Position numbers and translations under genes: made by a program. A DNA stretch of 64,000 bases, taken from the NCBI GenBank assembly GCA_951406725.2, contig OX597819.1, positions 114,452,001 to 114,516,000 of the forward strand. The letters run 5' to 3'. A model generated the notes under the pieces. That model ran no database searches, was not told the origin of the DNA, and was given only the letters and a program-made list of their open reading frames with translations. Position 1 is the first letter of the stretch; each line of letters begins with the position of its first letter. Of the stretch, positions 1 to 12,716 are shown piece after piece. The DNA comes from Octopus vulgaris. Taxonomy: Eukaryota.

Positions 1-1099
1 AAGATGTTGCATCTTACTAAGGAGATGACAATGGACTGTACTGATTGGCAATCTGCACTGTCACAGAAGACCCATAACCCATCCATCCACATACTTTGAC
101 TGATGGATAGTGACATATATTTTGTTCATCTGCTAAGCTACCTTATAGTCTCTTTTCATTCTTACCCACCATCATATATCTTTTAGTCATTTTCTTTATA
201 ATTCCTCTCTCTTTATCACTCACAACCCCCTATGTTTCCCTCCATCTCTCAGTTCTCCATCATCCCTACAGACTACATCATCCACTTCACTCTGACCCCC
301 TAGCCCTTCTGTGGCCCATATATAAGAGGCAACATTGGAACACCCTCTCTACTCAACATGCTAGGTTTGTCCTGCAATACTATCAAACAATAATCTCACT
401 CCTGGGTTACCTATACTGCCACTCAACACTTATTCAGGTCTCTATCTCTTTACCTACCCTTATACCTCTAGGGTAATCTCCTTTCTTTTCAAACTGCTTT
501 TGCTACATTTATCTATTACACTCCAGTACCTCCTTTCATCATCCTCTCTCTACAGCCTTTCTGCCTATAATGCTTTCTCTACATTCACACTCTGCTCTCA
601 GCCTATATTTCTATGTTACCCTCTGTCCTTTCTTTCCCTCACTGCTCTTGCTAAACTCACCGCTGGTTCCAACCCTCTACCTCATTTTCTCTCACTGACT
701 TTACCCCACAGCTTCTCCAGCTCTTCAACACCTTTTCCCTTCAATCTCTCTTTCAAGTTCCTTGCAACCCTCATCTATTTCTCTCATTCATGCTCACTTT
801 CCTTCACACCTTCCATCCATACTCTCCCTTTTAACGTGGGATAGCCCTGTACCCCACCCCTACACAACCCACCTTATCACCCTTACCATTCTTTATCTTT
901 CTTTCTCATTAATCCCCAACACAAATCTCTTTACTTTTTCTCTCCCTTCCATGCCTCTTCATCCAATAGTGTCTACTCTATTCCTCTCTCCACTATCAAC
1001 TTCTTACAACTATAAATCTGTTTCTCTTATCATACTTAACCCTCTCCCATCATGCTAACTAAAATCATCACACCATCACTCTGCTATTTTCATTCTGTT

Positions 1100-1350
1100 C
1101 TAGGAACCTAAAGGCCTTATTCTTGCAAATTGCAAGGTGAACTTACTAGTACTTGGGTCATGAAAAATAGCAGCCAGTATAGTCTGTAAAGTGACTGACA
1201 TAAGGAAGGCATCTAGCTGTAGAATTCAGTCAAAGCAGACATTTGAGCATGACTCAGTCCTCCAACTCATTAGGTCTTGTTGAAGTGACCAACCCATGCC
1301 AGCATGGAAGCCAGACATTAGATGACAATAATGATGATTACGATGATGAT
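1100..1350 (+). mobile_element. SINE family A, decayed 3' part with (GAT)n tail
   Basis: Ends AACCCATGCCAGCATGGAAGCCAGACATTAGATGACAATAATGATGAT; this is the reverse complement of the CATCAT-TTTA(A/G)CGTC-TTCCATGCTAGCATGGGTTGG motif repeated many times in the window. Confidence 0.7.
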
Positions 1351-1543
1351 GTGTGCATGCATGTATGTCTGCGCATGTGAGTGTTTGCATATGCAGGCAT
1401 CCATGCACAAGTGTGCACATGCATTGATCCGTGCATGTGTGACTTGACAGTTTGTTTTGTGTTGACTGAATAAATCTGTAATAAAAAATTATTCCAACAA
1501 GTGAAGTATGGCTGTGTTGCACATCACCTGCCATATATATATG

Positions 1544-1583
<40 letters not shown>

Positions 1584-1855
1584 ACCTTTGATCAGAGATT
1601 ATTGGTAGACTCTGGTCTGAAGGATAAAAGTGTCAGATTGATCTTGTATCTATTCTTGATAGCAATGTCAACTGGAGCAATGAAGAGGTCAAGTTTTGTT
1701 GGTGATAGTAGTGACATTTTATACTCATGGATGGAGTGTGGATGCTGGAGGAGAAAGAAGCTTCAAAACATAATAAGAGTAAACTGTGTCCAAAGTGAAT
1801 TGCTCCCAATCCTCACAGTTAACTCCAGAACAATAAAAATAATGATGACAACGAA

Positions 1856-2052
1856 ATTATTGTGTATAGTGCTTAGGAGCACTACAACTCATTAAAGGTG
1901 CATGTACAGTATACAGAATTATGTACAAAAGTCAGGAAAGTAAACAGTGTACGAGTCATGATTTACATGTGTGCATGCGTATGGAATGGGAGATATCAGG
2001 TATAGTGTTGGCAAATTTCAAAAAGCATGGAGGTTTTAAAGGAGGCAATGTC
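1856..2052 (-). mobile_element. CR1-type LINE 3' end, decayed
   Basis: Reverse complement matches the 3' UTR of the CR1-like fragment at 30354-30731 (GTGCACCTGAGCACTGTATACAATAAT, AAAACTTCCATGCTT). Confidence 0.7.
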
Positions 2053-2449
2053 TAAATCATCCAGTATCTTATCCACTCAATCATTTCACCTCTAAATTGT
2101 GAGACTATATTCCAGTATAGAACTACTCTTTTATGTACTGACTGTTAACTAACACATTGATGCTGATATGTAATGTAAGACCAGTATCTAATAAGGTCAT
2201 ATGTAGATTATAAAGCCACTTTGTGATTCATGCAGTACATAATATCAAAATGCAACTATCTCCTTACTCAACAGTTTTCTTGTACAGTATCATCATATAA
2301 GGGTATAATAAAAACATGATCTTTCACAACTAGCACTACATCTGTATTGAATCATGCAACTATGTGCAGTTTCACTCTTAGAAATGCATTTAGATGTATT
2401 TTCCCCACTACACTGTAATGTTAAATTATCTAAGGTAATCAAATAGACA

Positions 2450-2620
2450 GCAAGCTGGCAGAATCATTAGCATGCCAGGCAAAATACTTAGTGGCATTTC
2501 TTCTGACTCTGTTCATTCCAAGTTCAAATCTTTTCAAAGGTCAATAAAATAATGTACCAGTCAAGTACTGGAATTTATGCACTCAAATTGTCCTCTACCC
2601 TCAAAAATCGTAGGCCCTGA
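2450..2620 (+). mobile_element. SINE family B, decayed copy
   Basis: AGCTGGCAGAATCATTAGCATGCCAGGCAAAATACTTAG...AGTTCAAATC aligns with the copy at 21306-21540. Confidence 0.7.
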
Positions 2621-3919
2621 ACCCTGCAATGGACCGGCATCCTGTTCAGAGGGAATGTAATGACCGCACTCACTTATACACCACTGAAACCAGTAAAACA
2701 GCTGTATGAGTCTAAGGGCCCAAGAATAATAAAAAATTTTTAAAAGCCAATAATTTTCATCCAGCTAACTATATCAGGTATCTCAGACTAAAATTATCAG
2801 TTAAACAGCAAAGTATTTTCATGAAGAGGTCAGATTTTTGTTGGGAATAGCAATGACAGTTTTAACTCATGGATAGGAAAGTAGCTACTGAAGAACAAAG
2901 AAGTCTTATAGCAACACAACAGGAGTGAGCTGCTTTGGATAAAAAGCTGCACTGAAACCACACAGATCACTCAATCATGTATTTCAGGTGAAGGAGATTT
3001 CTGCTATTGGACAGACCTACCAAATCACCTTTAGACTACATCATTATTAAAAATTACCTGAGATCATAATCATCATTATATATTAGAGACAAAAGATCAA
3101 GACCCCAAATGGGGGCAAGACTTAATCACACCTTGATAATAACTCTGGAATACTTTAGTGACTAGATTGCAGTTGGGTAATGAAAATACTGACAGCAAGA
3201 AATAAATGTAAAATGAATTTAACAGTTTTTATGTGTTTTTAAATGGATGAAATAGCTCTCCCACAAGTTAATTGCTGTTTAACCACCACTAAGCCAAAAT
3301 AACAGCAGCAGCAACATTGAAAAGCAATCCAAACACCAAACAAAGTCAGAGCTTATGGTTGAGAAACAGGTTATTTCTGGTTTTCAGAGTAGCATGTTTA
3401 TGATAAACAAATATAAAATTATACAAATATTCCTTTCATTCCACCTCCTTGTTAAGCTATAATTAATGTTTGGTTTCAGATCTTTAGTAAATTGTCAGAA
3501 AGAGATTATATATGCAAACATACAGATTTAATTGTGCATGTAGAGTTAAATTCAAGTATGTAAAAGCTTGATAACAACTTCATTACTATAAATAGATATA
3601 AATAGTGTTGCATTTCAATAAATATGAATTAATAGACAGTCATACTTGTAACAATTCACACATAAATATATGTGAATATATGTGTATGTATCTATGTACG
3701 AAAGAGAGTGTATATGATATTCTTTTCAGTGTGCATGTGAAATGCAGCAGAAGACTAAATCAAGTGGCTGGAAAAACTATCTAGCAATAATTAGTTATGG
3801 CACTTTAAATTTTGAGTTGAAATTACTCTCTGCTGAACTTAGCTTTTTATTCCATCTGTAACAAAATATGTTGATTCACAATTAGGGCCTTGTTCCAATG
3901 TAAGGAATATATTTATGCC

Positions 3920-3964
<45 letters not shown>

Positions 3965-3967
<3 letters not shown>

Positions 3968-4150
3968 AGCGTTTACGAAAAAACAAAAGACGAAGACAGG
4001 TGGTGTACAAAACAAACAGATGTATTAGTATAACGCTCAGGAATAGAAAAAGTTTTTTACGTTTCGAGCCTACGCTCTTCTACAGAAAGGGACACAGAAA
4101 AAACAAGGAGAGAAAAAAAATGTGTGTAGTGGCTAACGATCTATCATGGC

Positions 4151-4151
<1 letters not shown>
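3965..4151 (-). mobile_element. Short CpG-rich element between (TA)n tracts carrying a hammerhead-like motif; probable Penelope-like pseudo-LTR
   Basis: Minus strand 4092-4052 reads GTCCCTTT-CTGTAGA-A-GAGC-GTAG-GCTC-GAAA-CG-TA-AAAAAC. Flanked by (TA)n upstream and (CT)n(TA)n downstream. Confidence 0.6.
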
Positions 4152-4221
<70 letters not shown>

Positions 4222-4289
4222 CAGACAGACATACAGACACAATATAGACCATACATATATACATATATACATGTATATATGCATACATA

Positions 4290-4437
4290 CAGGCGTGGCT
4301 ATGTGGTAAGAAGTCTGCTTTCTAACTGCATAGTTCTACATTGTCCCACTGTGACACTTTGGGCAAGTGTTTTTTCAATATAGCACTGGAATGAATAAAG
4401 CCTTGAGAGCGGACATGGTAGACAAACTGAAAGAAGC

Positions 4438-4468
<31 letters not shown>

Positions 4469-4640
4469 AGTGTGTTAGTGTTTGTTCCCCCACAGGAGTT
4501 GGTTTGCTTACATCACTATAACTTAGCAGTTTGTCAAGAGACAACTAGATTTTAAAAAAAAAGACAAATACTAGAGTCAGTCTGTTTGGCTAAACTCTTC
4601 AAGCTGGTGCTTTAGCATGGCTGCAGTCCAGTGACTGACT
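4290..4640 (+). mobile_element. SINE family C (tRNA-derived head, internal (TG)n)
   Basis: GGCGTGGCTATGTGGTAAGAAG...TTGGGCAAGTGT...AAACTGAAAGAAGCC...AGCATGGCTGCAGTC; homologous to 33017-33398. Confidence 0.75.
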
Positions 4641-4821
4641 GTGTTTTTAAGCATGATTATATATAAAATCAGTCAAACATCAAATGAAGGATCACTCAAT
4701 ACATTTTAAGTAGGGTATAAAATATATTGTATCTTTAAAGTTTTACTAAACATAGGCTTCCTCAGAATCTGACAAAGTCAACAAGCAATGAAACATCAAA
4801 GCACCTGTCATGCTTTCCTTG

Positions 4822-4868
<47 letters not shown>

Positions 4869-4870
4869 GT

Positions 4871-5205
4871 GAAGGCGCATGGCTCAGTGGTTAGAGCGTT
4901 CGAGCTTATGATCGTGAGGTTGTGAGTTTGAATCCCGGACTGGGCTGCATGTTGTGTTCTTGAGCAAGACACTTTATTTCATGTTGCTCCAGTTCACTCA
5001 GCTGTAGAAATGAGTTGTGACATCACAGGTGCCAAGCTGTATTTGCTGTTGCCTTTCCCTTGGGTAACACTAGTGGCACAGAGAGGGGAGGCCGGTATGC
5101 ATGGGCAACTGCTGGTCTTCCATAAACAACCTTGCCCTGACTTGTGCCTGGGAGGGTAACTTTCTAGGTGCAATCCCATGGTCAGTCATGACCGAAGGGG
5201 GTCTC
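4871..5205 (+). mobile_element. tRNA-derived CORE-type SINE (family D), near full length
   Basis: Pol III A box TGGCTCAGTGG (4880-4890) and B box GAGTTTGAATCC (4924-4935), followed by CORE-like GTGTTCTTGAGCAAGACACTTTA...CTCAGCTGTAGAAATGAG. Inserted in (TA)n. Confidence 0.85.
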
Positions 5206-5593
5206 AAATATATATATATATATATGTATGATGTTAGGATGAAGTGATTGCATTTAAAACTGTTACAAGCCCCACCAAAACTGATCGGATGATGTGGTTG
5301 TTATTCAGCTTGAATGGCTGCAAAACAATGCTTCTGTAGGAAAAACAAAGGACAAGAAGGGACTTATAATGGGTTGAGGCAGTGGTCGGTGTCGGGCTTG
5401 AGAAAGAAAACAGAATGGGTGAGAGGAGAAATGTCATGAGTAGGTACACAGCTAGTTAACTCAGAGAAGCTGGGGCAATTAAAAAAGATAGAATGAGGAG
5501 AATGGACAGGTAGAACAAGGCTAAATAAGATGAGCCAATCCTAACTAATCAGTTGGATAGCCTACTTTTGAAAGTGGCCTAGGCTGGTTTTGT

Positions 5594-5835
5594 ATCATCA
5601 TCATCATTTAGCGTCTGCTTTCCATGCTAGCATGGGTTGGACGGTTCAATGGGGTCTGTGAAGCCAGAAGGCTGCATCAGGCCCAGTCTGATCTGGCAGT
5701 GTTTCTATGGCTGGATGCCCTTCCTAACGCCAACCACTCCGTGAGTGTAGTGGGTGCTTTTTACGTGCCACCCGCACAGGTGCCAGACGGTGCTGGCAAA
5801 CGGCCACGGACGGATGGTGCTTTTTACGTGCCACG
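5594..5835 (-). mobile_element. SINE family A, 5'-truncated, CpG-retaining copy
   Basis: (CAT)n then TTTAGCGTCTGCTTTCCATGCTAGCATGGGTTGG...GGATGCCCTTCCTAACGCCAACC...GTGCTTTTTACGTGCCAC; nearly identical to 31921-32220. Confidence 0.85.
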
Positions 5836-6595
5836 AGCAATATTCCATTGCCAGTATTTGAGCTTTCATAAACGCACACATACACATGGGACAGCTTTTC
5901 TTTCAGAAAAAAAACAAAAAACAATGCTGAAAAATATGTTTAACTTTTTTCCTAATGAATTTTCATATTTCAAATTAAACATAAAGGACTAATAAAAAAA
6001 TGTTAGAAAATCATTAAAAAAAAATATTAAACTCAAATGCAGTTACATCTTTAGTATAACACACAAGCACTTACATCTTTTTAAAAGGAATCAAAAACAG
6101 TGAGTAATAATAACAGTAAAAATAAAATGATTCAGTCCCAAAATAGTGTAAAATTTTATTAGAAGTATAGTGATTGTGACTTCAAAGTTTTACATAGAAA
6201 AGTTTATTAAACAATAAAGTTTAATTGTAAAGAAATTAAGAGTAATATGAAGTAAGAGCAATGGGAAGAATAAATTTTTAGTGAATATAGAAGATAAAGA
6301 GTAATAGAAAAATCTAGAAGCTAGAAAAATCTGAAGAGGATTGGCATAACTTATAGAAGGATCTTTTGGCAGAATTTAAATTAAAAATTAAATGTAGAAA
6401 TATAGGGGCAGAAATAACAAACAACTGTGATGGTGTCAGTAATAAGTAGCTCACAGAGAAGGAATGATGCCTACTAGTACATAAATGGTGATTGTTTCAA
6501 TACATATTTACACTTTAAGTATGTATACAGATCACTGATTTTGGAACTAATTGTGCTTTTGTCAATAATAATGATGCAAAGTTACTTTCCCTAAA

Positions 6596-6879
6596 CAGAA
6601 AGCATGGCCAAACAGTCATCTGACACAACTGACTGGAAAAGTTTGGCCTGAGCTCTTTTGTACTTAAGATGAAATATTTATCTCTAGTCAGGCTGAAGGC
6701 TTCATTAAAATCACTTCATTGTGGTATTTTTGTTCCAGCTGTACTGAAGCCAAGTAGTTTGTTCCTACACTTGGCCTTTGGCCTGACCAGAAGTAAATAT
6801 TTGCATCTTCAGTACAAAAGAGCTCTGGCTATACTTTTCCCATCAATCATGTCTGATGATTGCTTGGTCACGTTTTCTG
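6596..6879. repeat. Diverged inverted repeat (~105-bp arms), old MITE/foldback
   Basis: 6596-6700 (GAGCTCTTTTGTACTTAAGATGAAATATTTA...GTCAGGC) is the reverse complement of 6774-6879 (GCCTGACC...TAAATATTTGCATCTTCAGTACAAAAGAGCTC). Confidence 0.8.
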
Positions 6880-8981
6880 CTTATGGAAGTACTCTTATGA
6901 ACTTATCTGTACCCACATCCCCAATCCTTAGTCAGTATTCTCCCTTATACTCAACTTCTTGCACCTTGAGAGCATACTTTATTACCTCATTACTAACATC
7001 TTTATCTTCTCTCTAAATATTCCCACCCACTCATAATGTGGGGTAGCCATGTGAGGTAGCCATGAATCTTCTCCACAACAAACCTCTCCCTTACTCCTCT
7101 CATCATATATCAAACTATCAACAACTTGCATATAGTGACCAAGTGAGTTAAGGGGACTTTTATTCTTGCAAGTTACAAAGTCACCTCACTAGTTTTACCC
7201 CCACCCAAAAAGAAGCAAAGGGTATCCAGCTGTAGAAACTATGCCAAAACTGCGACACTAGAACAAGATATGGTTTTGCTAACCATCCAAACCATGCCAA
7301 CAGAGAAAGCAGATGTAATGATGATGAAGATGATGATGATGAACAGAGTGGTTGAAATGATATAATACCTGACAAAATTATATTTGAGAGTCATCCCTTT
7401 CATCTTTAGTTCAACTACCACTAAATAGCTTTGCTCTCATCCCTTTATCGTTGTCAAAATACAAGTGAATAGAAGTTATATGATAGGGTCAATTAAGCTG
7501 ATTATATCCCTTCTCCAAAAATCTGTGGTTTTGAGCTAAGAAGGATCAACTATATGCTACTCTAAAAATCTGTGGCCTGATGCCAAGTTTGAAATCACTG
7601 TTTGTATTATTTGATGTACAATCGGTTTGAAGTGTTTGGATTGTACTGCTAGTTTTCTGTGTTTCAAAATCAGGTTATTGTTTGATGTTTGTATTCAGTG
7701 TATGTTTGTTAGTGTGGATTATTTGAAGAGCAAGATGAAAATTTAAAGCTTACTTTGTTCCCCTTTTTTTGGAGAGGAAGAACACTTTCATTTCAAATCT
7801 ATTGTCTTTTTCTTTGGCTAAGTGCCATTTTTATTTTCTTTGTTTATTGTTAAACAAGGAAATGCAATCTTATGTGGTAATAGAGGAGAATTATAACATT
7901 TTGGTAGCATTCTCACTGAAAAAAATGCCTGCCACCATCACTGCCATCACCATCATCCTCAACAGCATTTCATGTTAGCTTTTCCAAAATAGCATGGGTC
8001 GGACGCTTTTTCAGAGGCAGTTTTTTATGGTTAGATATTTTTCTTGTTACTAACCCTTTTAGATACCTCTTATGATACAGAGATGCAATATAAGTTGTAT
8101 TCAAAACATATCAAGACATAGTCTGAATATGCTTGATTCACAATTGAACTGGGGAACAAGCAACTTACTGTATTTTGTCACGGAGAAGATATCTTGCTTG
8201 TTGACAAACAGTGTGTATACACCTAGATCAACTCACAGCGCCATCTACTTAGCCCAGGGGTAGGGAAACCTTTTAGTGCAGTAGGAAAAAATTTCCCCAA
8301 AAATAGGTCCACAAGCAGATTATGAGTTCTAACTATTATATCTGCGTAAATCTTGTATATATCAATGTATAATTCGATATACATTAATAAAGATAAGTTT
8401 AATACATTAAATTAACACGTAACATCTTCATTAATGCCACCACTGAATTCAGGACATTTATATTACTTATGAGGTATTCTATATTTTTCAGCCAGAGTGT
8501 AGTTGGGTTTTAAGAGGGTGGTACAACCCCAGTTTGTAACTGATACTTATTTCATTGACCCTAAAAGGATGAAAGGCAAAGTTGACCTCAGCAGAATTTG
8601 AACTCACCATGTAAGGACGGACGAAATGCCACTAAGCATTTTACCCAGTGTGCTAATGATCTGCTAGAATAATGATAAGAGTTGGGGTTTAGTGGTATCG
8701 GTTAGCACCTTTCCCACCAAATTTCTGGCCTTGTACCTGAATTAGAAACATTATTATCATGAGTTTTCCTTCTTCCTTCAATTTTGTTTCCATTTCTTAC
8801 TGAATCTCTTCTCAACACCTAAGGCAAAGAAACTCATTGTATACATTGATAGGCCATAAAAGTAAACACACTTGACTGTTCATTTACAAAATCAAATAAA
8901 GTCATGTAGGAAAAATATATTTACATGGAAGGTTATTATTTTCACAGTGACAATGCTCTTTTCAATATTATTATTGTTATT

Positions 8982-9665
8982 GGGGCAAAAAGCTGGCAAA
9001 ATCATAGTATGCTGAGCAAAATGCTTCGCAGCATTTCGTCTGTCTTTGCGTTCTGAGTTCAAATTCTGCCGAAGTCAACTTTACTTTCATCCTTTTGGGG
9101 TCAATAAGATAAATACCAGTCAAACACTGGGGTCAATATAAATGACTTACACTTTTGCCTGAAAATGCTGGCCTCGTGCCAAAATTTGAAACCAACATTA
9201 TTATTAATATTGAAGCTGCAAGCTGGCAATATTATTAGTGTTGGGTAAAATGCTTAGTGGCATTTCATCTGTTTTTGCATTCTGGGTTCAAATTCTGCTT
9301 AAGTCAACTTTGCTCCTCATTTTTCTGAGGTCAATAAAATAAGTACCAACTGAGCATTGGGGATGATGCAATCAAGATAGCCCCTCCTCCAAGCTTGCTG
9401 GTCATGTGCCACAATTTGAAAGCAATATTATGATTATTATCATTGGCGGAGAGCTGGCAGAATTGTTAGCATGTTAGACAAAATGCTTAGTGGTATTTTT
9501 CCCATTGCTCCATTCTGAGTTCAAATTCCACTGAGGTCGACTTTGCCTTTCATTCTTTCAGGGTTAATAAATTAAGTACCAGTGAAACACTGGAGTGAAT
9601 GTAATTGACTATCCTCCTCCCGCAAATTTTGGACCTTGTGCCTATAGTAGAATGGATTATTATTA
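8982..9665 (+). mobile_element. Three head-to-tail SINE family B copies separated by (ATT)n tails
   Basis: Units at ~8982-9200, ~9213-9430 and ~9445-9665; each has AGCTGGCA..AAATGCTT..TTCTG(A/G)GTTCAAATTC..GTC(A/G)ACTTT..TACCA. Confidence 0.85.
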
Positions 9666-12160
9666 TTATGAAGAGAACAGTGACTGGTAAAATTACAAGG
9701 TAGCAGACATTACCGTATTTTGTTAGATCTTTCTATGGTTCTCTCACTGTTTGTTTAACTTTTCATCTCAACAGAATCAATAAAACAAGTACTGGCCTTA
9801 TGCTTATGTTAGAAATCATTATTATTAGCAGTTGAAATTACATCAGTAAAAAGCATAGTTTTCATCCCTCCAAAAAAAGAGGTGGTGGCAGAAGATGAGA
9901 ATTGTTAGACTAAGTGCTTCAAAGTATCAGGTTTTCTATCACTCACATCAAAGTTCACATTATGAGCCAGTAAGATATTCTCTATATGGTCATTCCATCT
10001 GCTTGAAATAGCAGTCAAATCTCCCTTAAATTGCAGAGAGTACAATCGTAAATACTCCATAAAACACAGGATGGTCAAAGCTGGAATACTTTTGATAGTA
10101 AGTCTATTCAATCAGAGTTGACTTGAGACTAAACTAGATTAAATCACAACGGAGTTAACTTAATTTTATAAAGCAGTATTGAAAAGATAATGGTTCAGGA
10201 TACCTTCTCCAGTCAAATATATCAATGTTATAAAACTTTAGTACTGTAAAACAAAAGCATAGTATAGTCGTAAAGTGAAAAATAAACAAACCATCAATAC
10301 AATTGACCTCTTATTTAATGGAAAGAAGTGAAGTTAATCTTCAAACAAGTCGTGTTTTCTCCTTCGTGTAGAGAACGGTGACTGATAATGAAAAGAAGAT
10401 AGTTGCAAAGAAGATAGTAAAAGCAAAGCTAAGAGGCAGAAATTCTGCGAAATATCTTTGACAATATTGATTAGCAGGATATTTATTTTTTCTATAATAC
10501 AAAAATGGAGATATCCTTTGTTGTTTCTCTTTCATTTTTTGTTTTATTTTATATTGATTTTATTCATCATTTTTTTTTTTTTAATATCTACTTATTTATT
10601 TAGTAACTCACTTTTTTGGTATTATTTAATCTAACAATACATTTCATTGTTATTTATTTATTCATAGATTTAGATTTTGATGTTATGCTGTTAGTTTGTG
10701 GTTTGTTTTTGTTATATAGTATGTTTTTCCTTCTATTTGATAAGCTAAAATATCCAAGACTTCTCAATCCAATAACAACTGCTGCAAAACAAATACCATT
10801 GAGTTAAGAAATAGACCAAATGATACGGAAATAAAATTATATGTAAGTGAGTGTGTGTCTGTTTGTCTATCTATCTATCTATTTATCTATCTCTATATGT
10901 GGTTGTGTGCACATAAACACAAACACACACACACACACACCGTTTTATGGTGAGATGTTTATGCAGATTTGCATGTATAAGAATATATGTATCTTATATG
11001 TGTATACACATACAAATATGTATACACAGATCCATGTACATATTCCATTCAAACTCATCCGCATATACATACTCATGCATACTCATATGTCCCATTGTAA
11101 AGTACACACAAACACACATGCATGCACAAAATATGAAAGGTTGGTGAGAATAGTAGATGGAAGACAGAGTTATTTTTTCCTATCATGCATCACATGATTA
11201 TAAGTTTACTGTGAAAATGTGTGCCAGCCTCCATATTCAATTATATACACTGATGGGGTGTGATATAATGTTATTGAAAGAATAGAGCTTCATGAGAGAA
11301 TTTACTGAGAGAGAGAGAAAGAGAGTGAAATGGGGGAAACGAATGATGGGATGACACAGAGAGATAAAAGTGAGAAAGACAGTTATAGAAGTATAAAAGG
11401 CAAGAAAAGTAAATATATTAACAAGATAGAGAAATAAATAAAAATATTGAATTATATTGTATCATGCCACATGCACACATAGAGAAAGAGAGAAAATAAA
11501 ATGTGAAAAGGATATTATGATAAATGGAAATATAGTGAACAAAGCTAATGTGACAAAATTAAGCAACAAAAAGACAACCCAAGTAACAAACCATATAATT
11601 CTGATTATGAACTCACTGCCACCTCCCCCACAACTACCTTAAAAAATGTAGAAAATATGGGCAATTTGCGATTTTAGTATAACTTACTCAAAAATGCTGG
11701 CTTGATATTCATCATTCGATCATCTAATCTTCTTTTTACCAAATCTTGGATGGAAGTTGAACTAAACACCCACCTGAAACAATAAATAGTAGAGGATTTA
11801 GAAATGACAGATAATGATGGTAATTTAGAAGAACTCAAAGAATCCTAATAGGTTGGTGTTGGAGTCTAACTCTAAGTTTCAATTGTATTAGAGAATAGAG
11901 ACAGAATAAATCTTCCCCCTGGGGGGATGTTAGTCTATTGCAAGTAACTTGCCTAGAAATTTTCACTTATTACTTTGATTTATTTTTGTTCTCATGTACA
12001 GGCATAGCTGTGCAATTAAGAAGTTTGCTACACAACTACATGGTGCCAGGTTCAATCCCACTGCACAAATCATGGACTGACATATACTGTGAGAGTGAGA
12101 TTTAGTAGATGGAAATTGTGTGAAAGTCTGTCATTACACACATATGCACATACATACATA

Positions 12161-12716
12161 GTGGCTGCCCCCTCGTTATCGAGTATGGCCATTGCACGAA
12201 GGTTAATCAATGTTGTTATCGTGCAATGCCTGTGCAAGAAGTTTTTCTTTTAAAGTGAGGAAAGGCTGTGCACTGAGTCAATCCCACTCACTAAGCAACA
12301 GCAGCCATAATCTGAAAAGAAGAACAAGTCAACATCATCGGTAACCACTTTGCTGCAGGCTTTATATTGGAGTTATCCCAGTTACCTGAGTCACCTTCTC
12401 CTAGAAGGATGCCCTAACAAAGGCTAGGAGTCCTTCACTCCCAATGGTTTAACCGCGCGATTGGGTATTCAGTCCGATTATTTCTATGTTCCCCGCGCAT
12501 GATCCAGCCTTAAGACATTTATTGGATGGCCGTTGACTCTCAAGAGTTCCTCCACCCTTTGACGGGTTTTGTTTTTCATCCCGCAGGGTGTCCAATAAAC
12601 ACCCTCCTCACCAAGCAAGCTTGGTGGGGTTGCCGGTTTAGTCGCCAACGACCCAACCATGCAACAGGTTGTACTGGGTTACATGTTACCAGTAGCACTC
12701 AAAAGTGACCTGATGC
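12161..12716 (-). mobile_element. Non-autonomous RTE-derived retroelement inserted in the (CATA)n tract of a family C SINE
   Basis: GC/CpG-rich block flanked on both sides by CATACATACATA. Minus strand contains CTCCTAGCCTTTGTTAGGGCATCCTTCTAGGAGAAGG, resembling the RTE-clade 5' UTR motif. Host SINE halves lie at ~11998-12160 and ~12717-12880. Confidence 0.6.

Noticed and set aside
500-1058. Leu/Ser/Phe-rich ORFs resembling membrane proteins
   Set aside because: Product of a pyrimidine-rich strand, probably antisense of a decayed retroelement; similar text recurs near 7020 and 51050.
4871-4945. tRNA-like sequence with A and B boxes
   Set aside because: Continues into a CORE-like domain and tail, so it is a SINE head rather than a tRNA gene.
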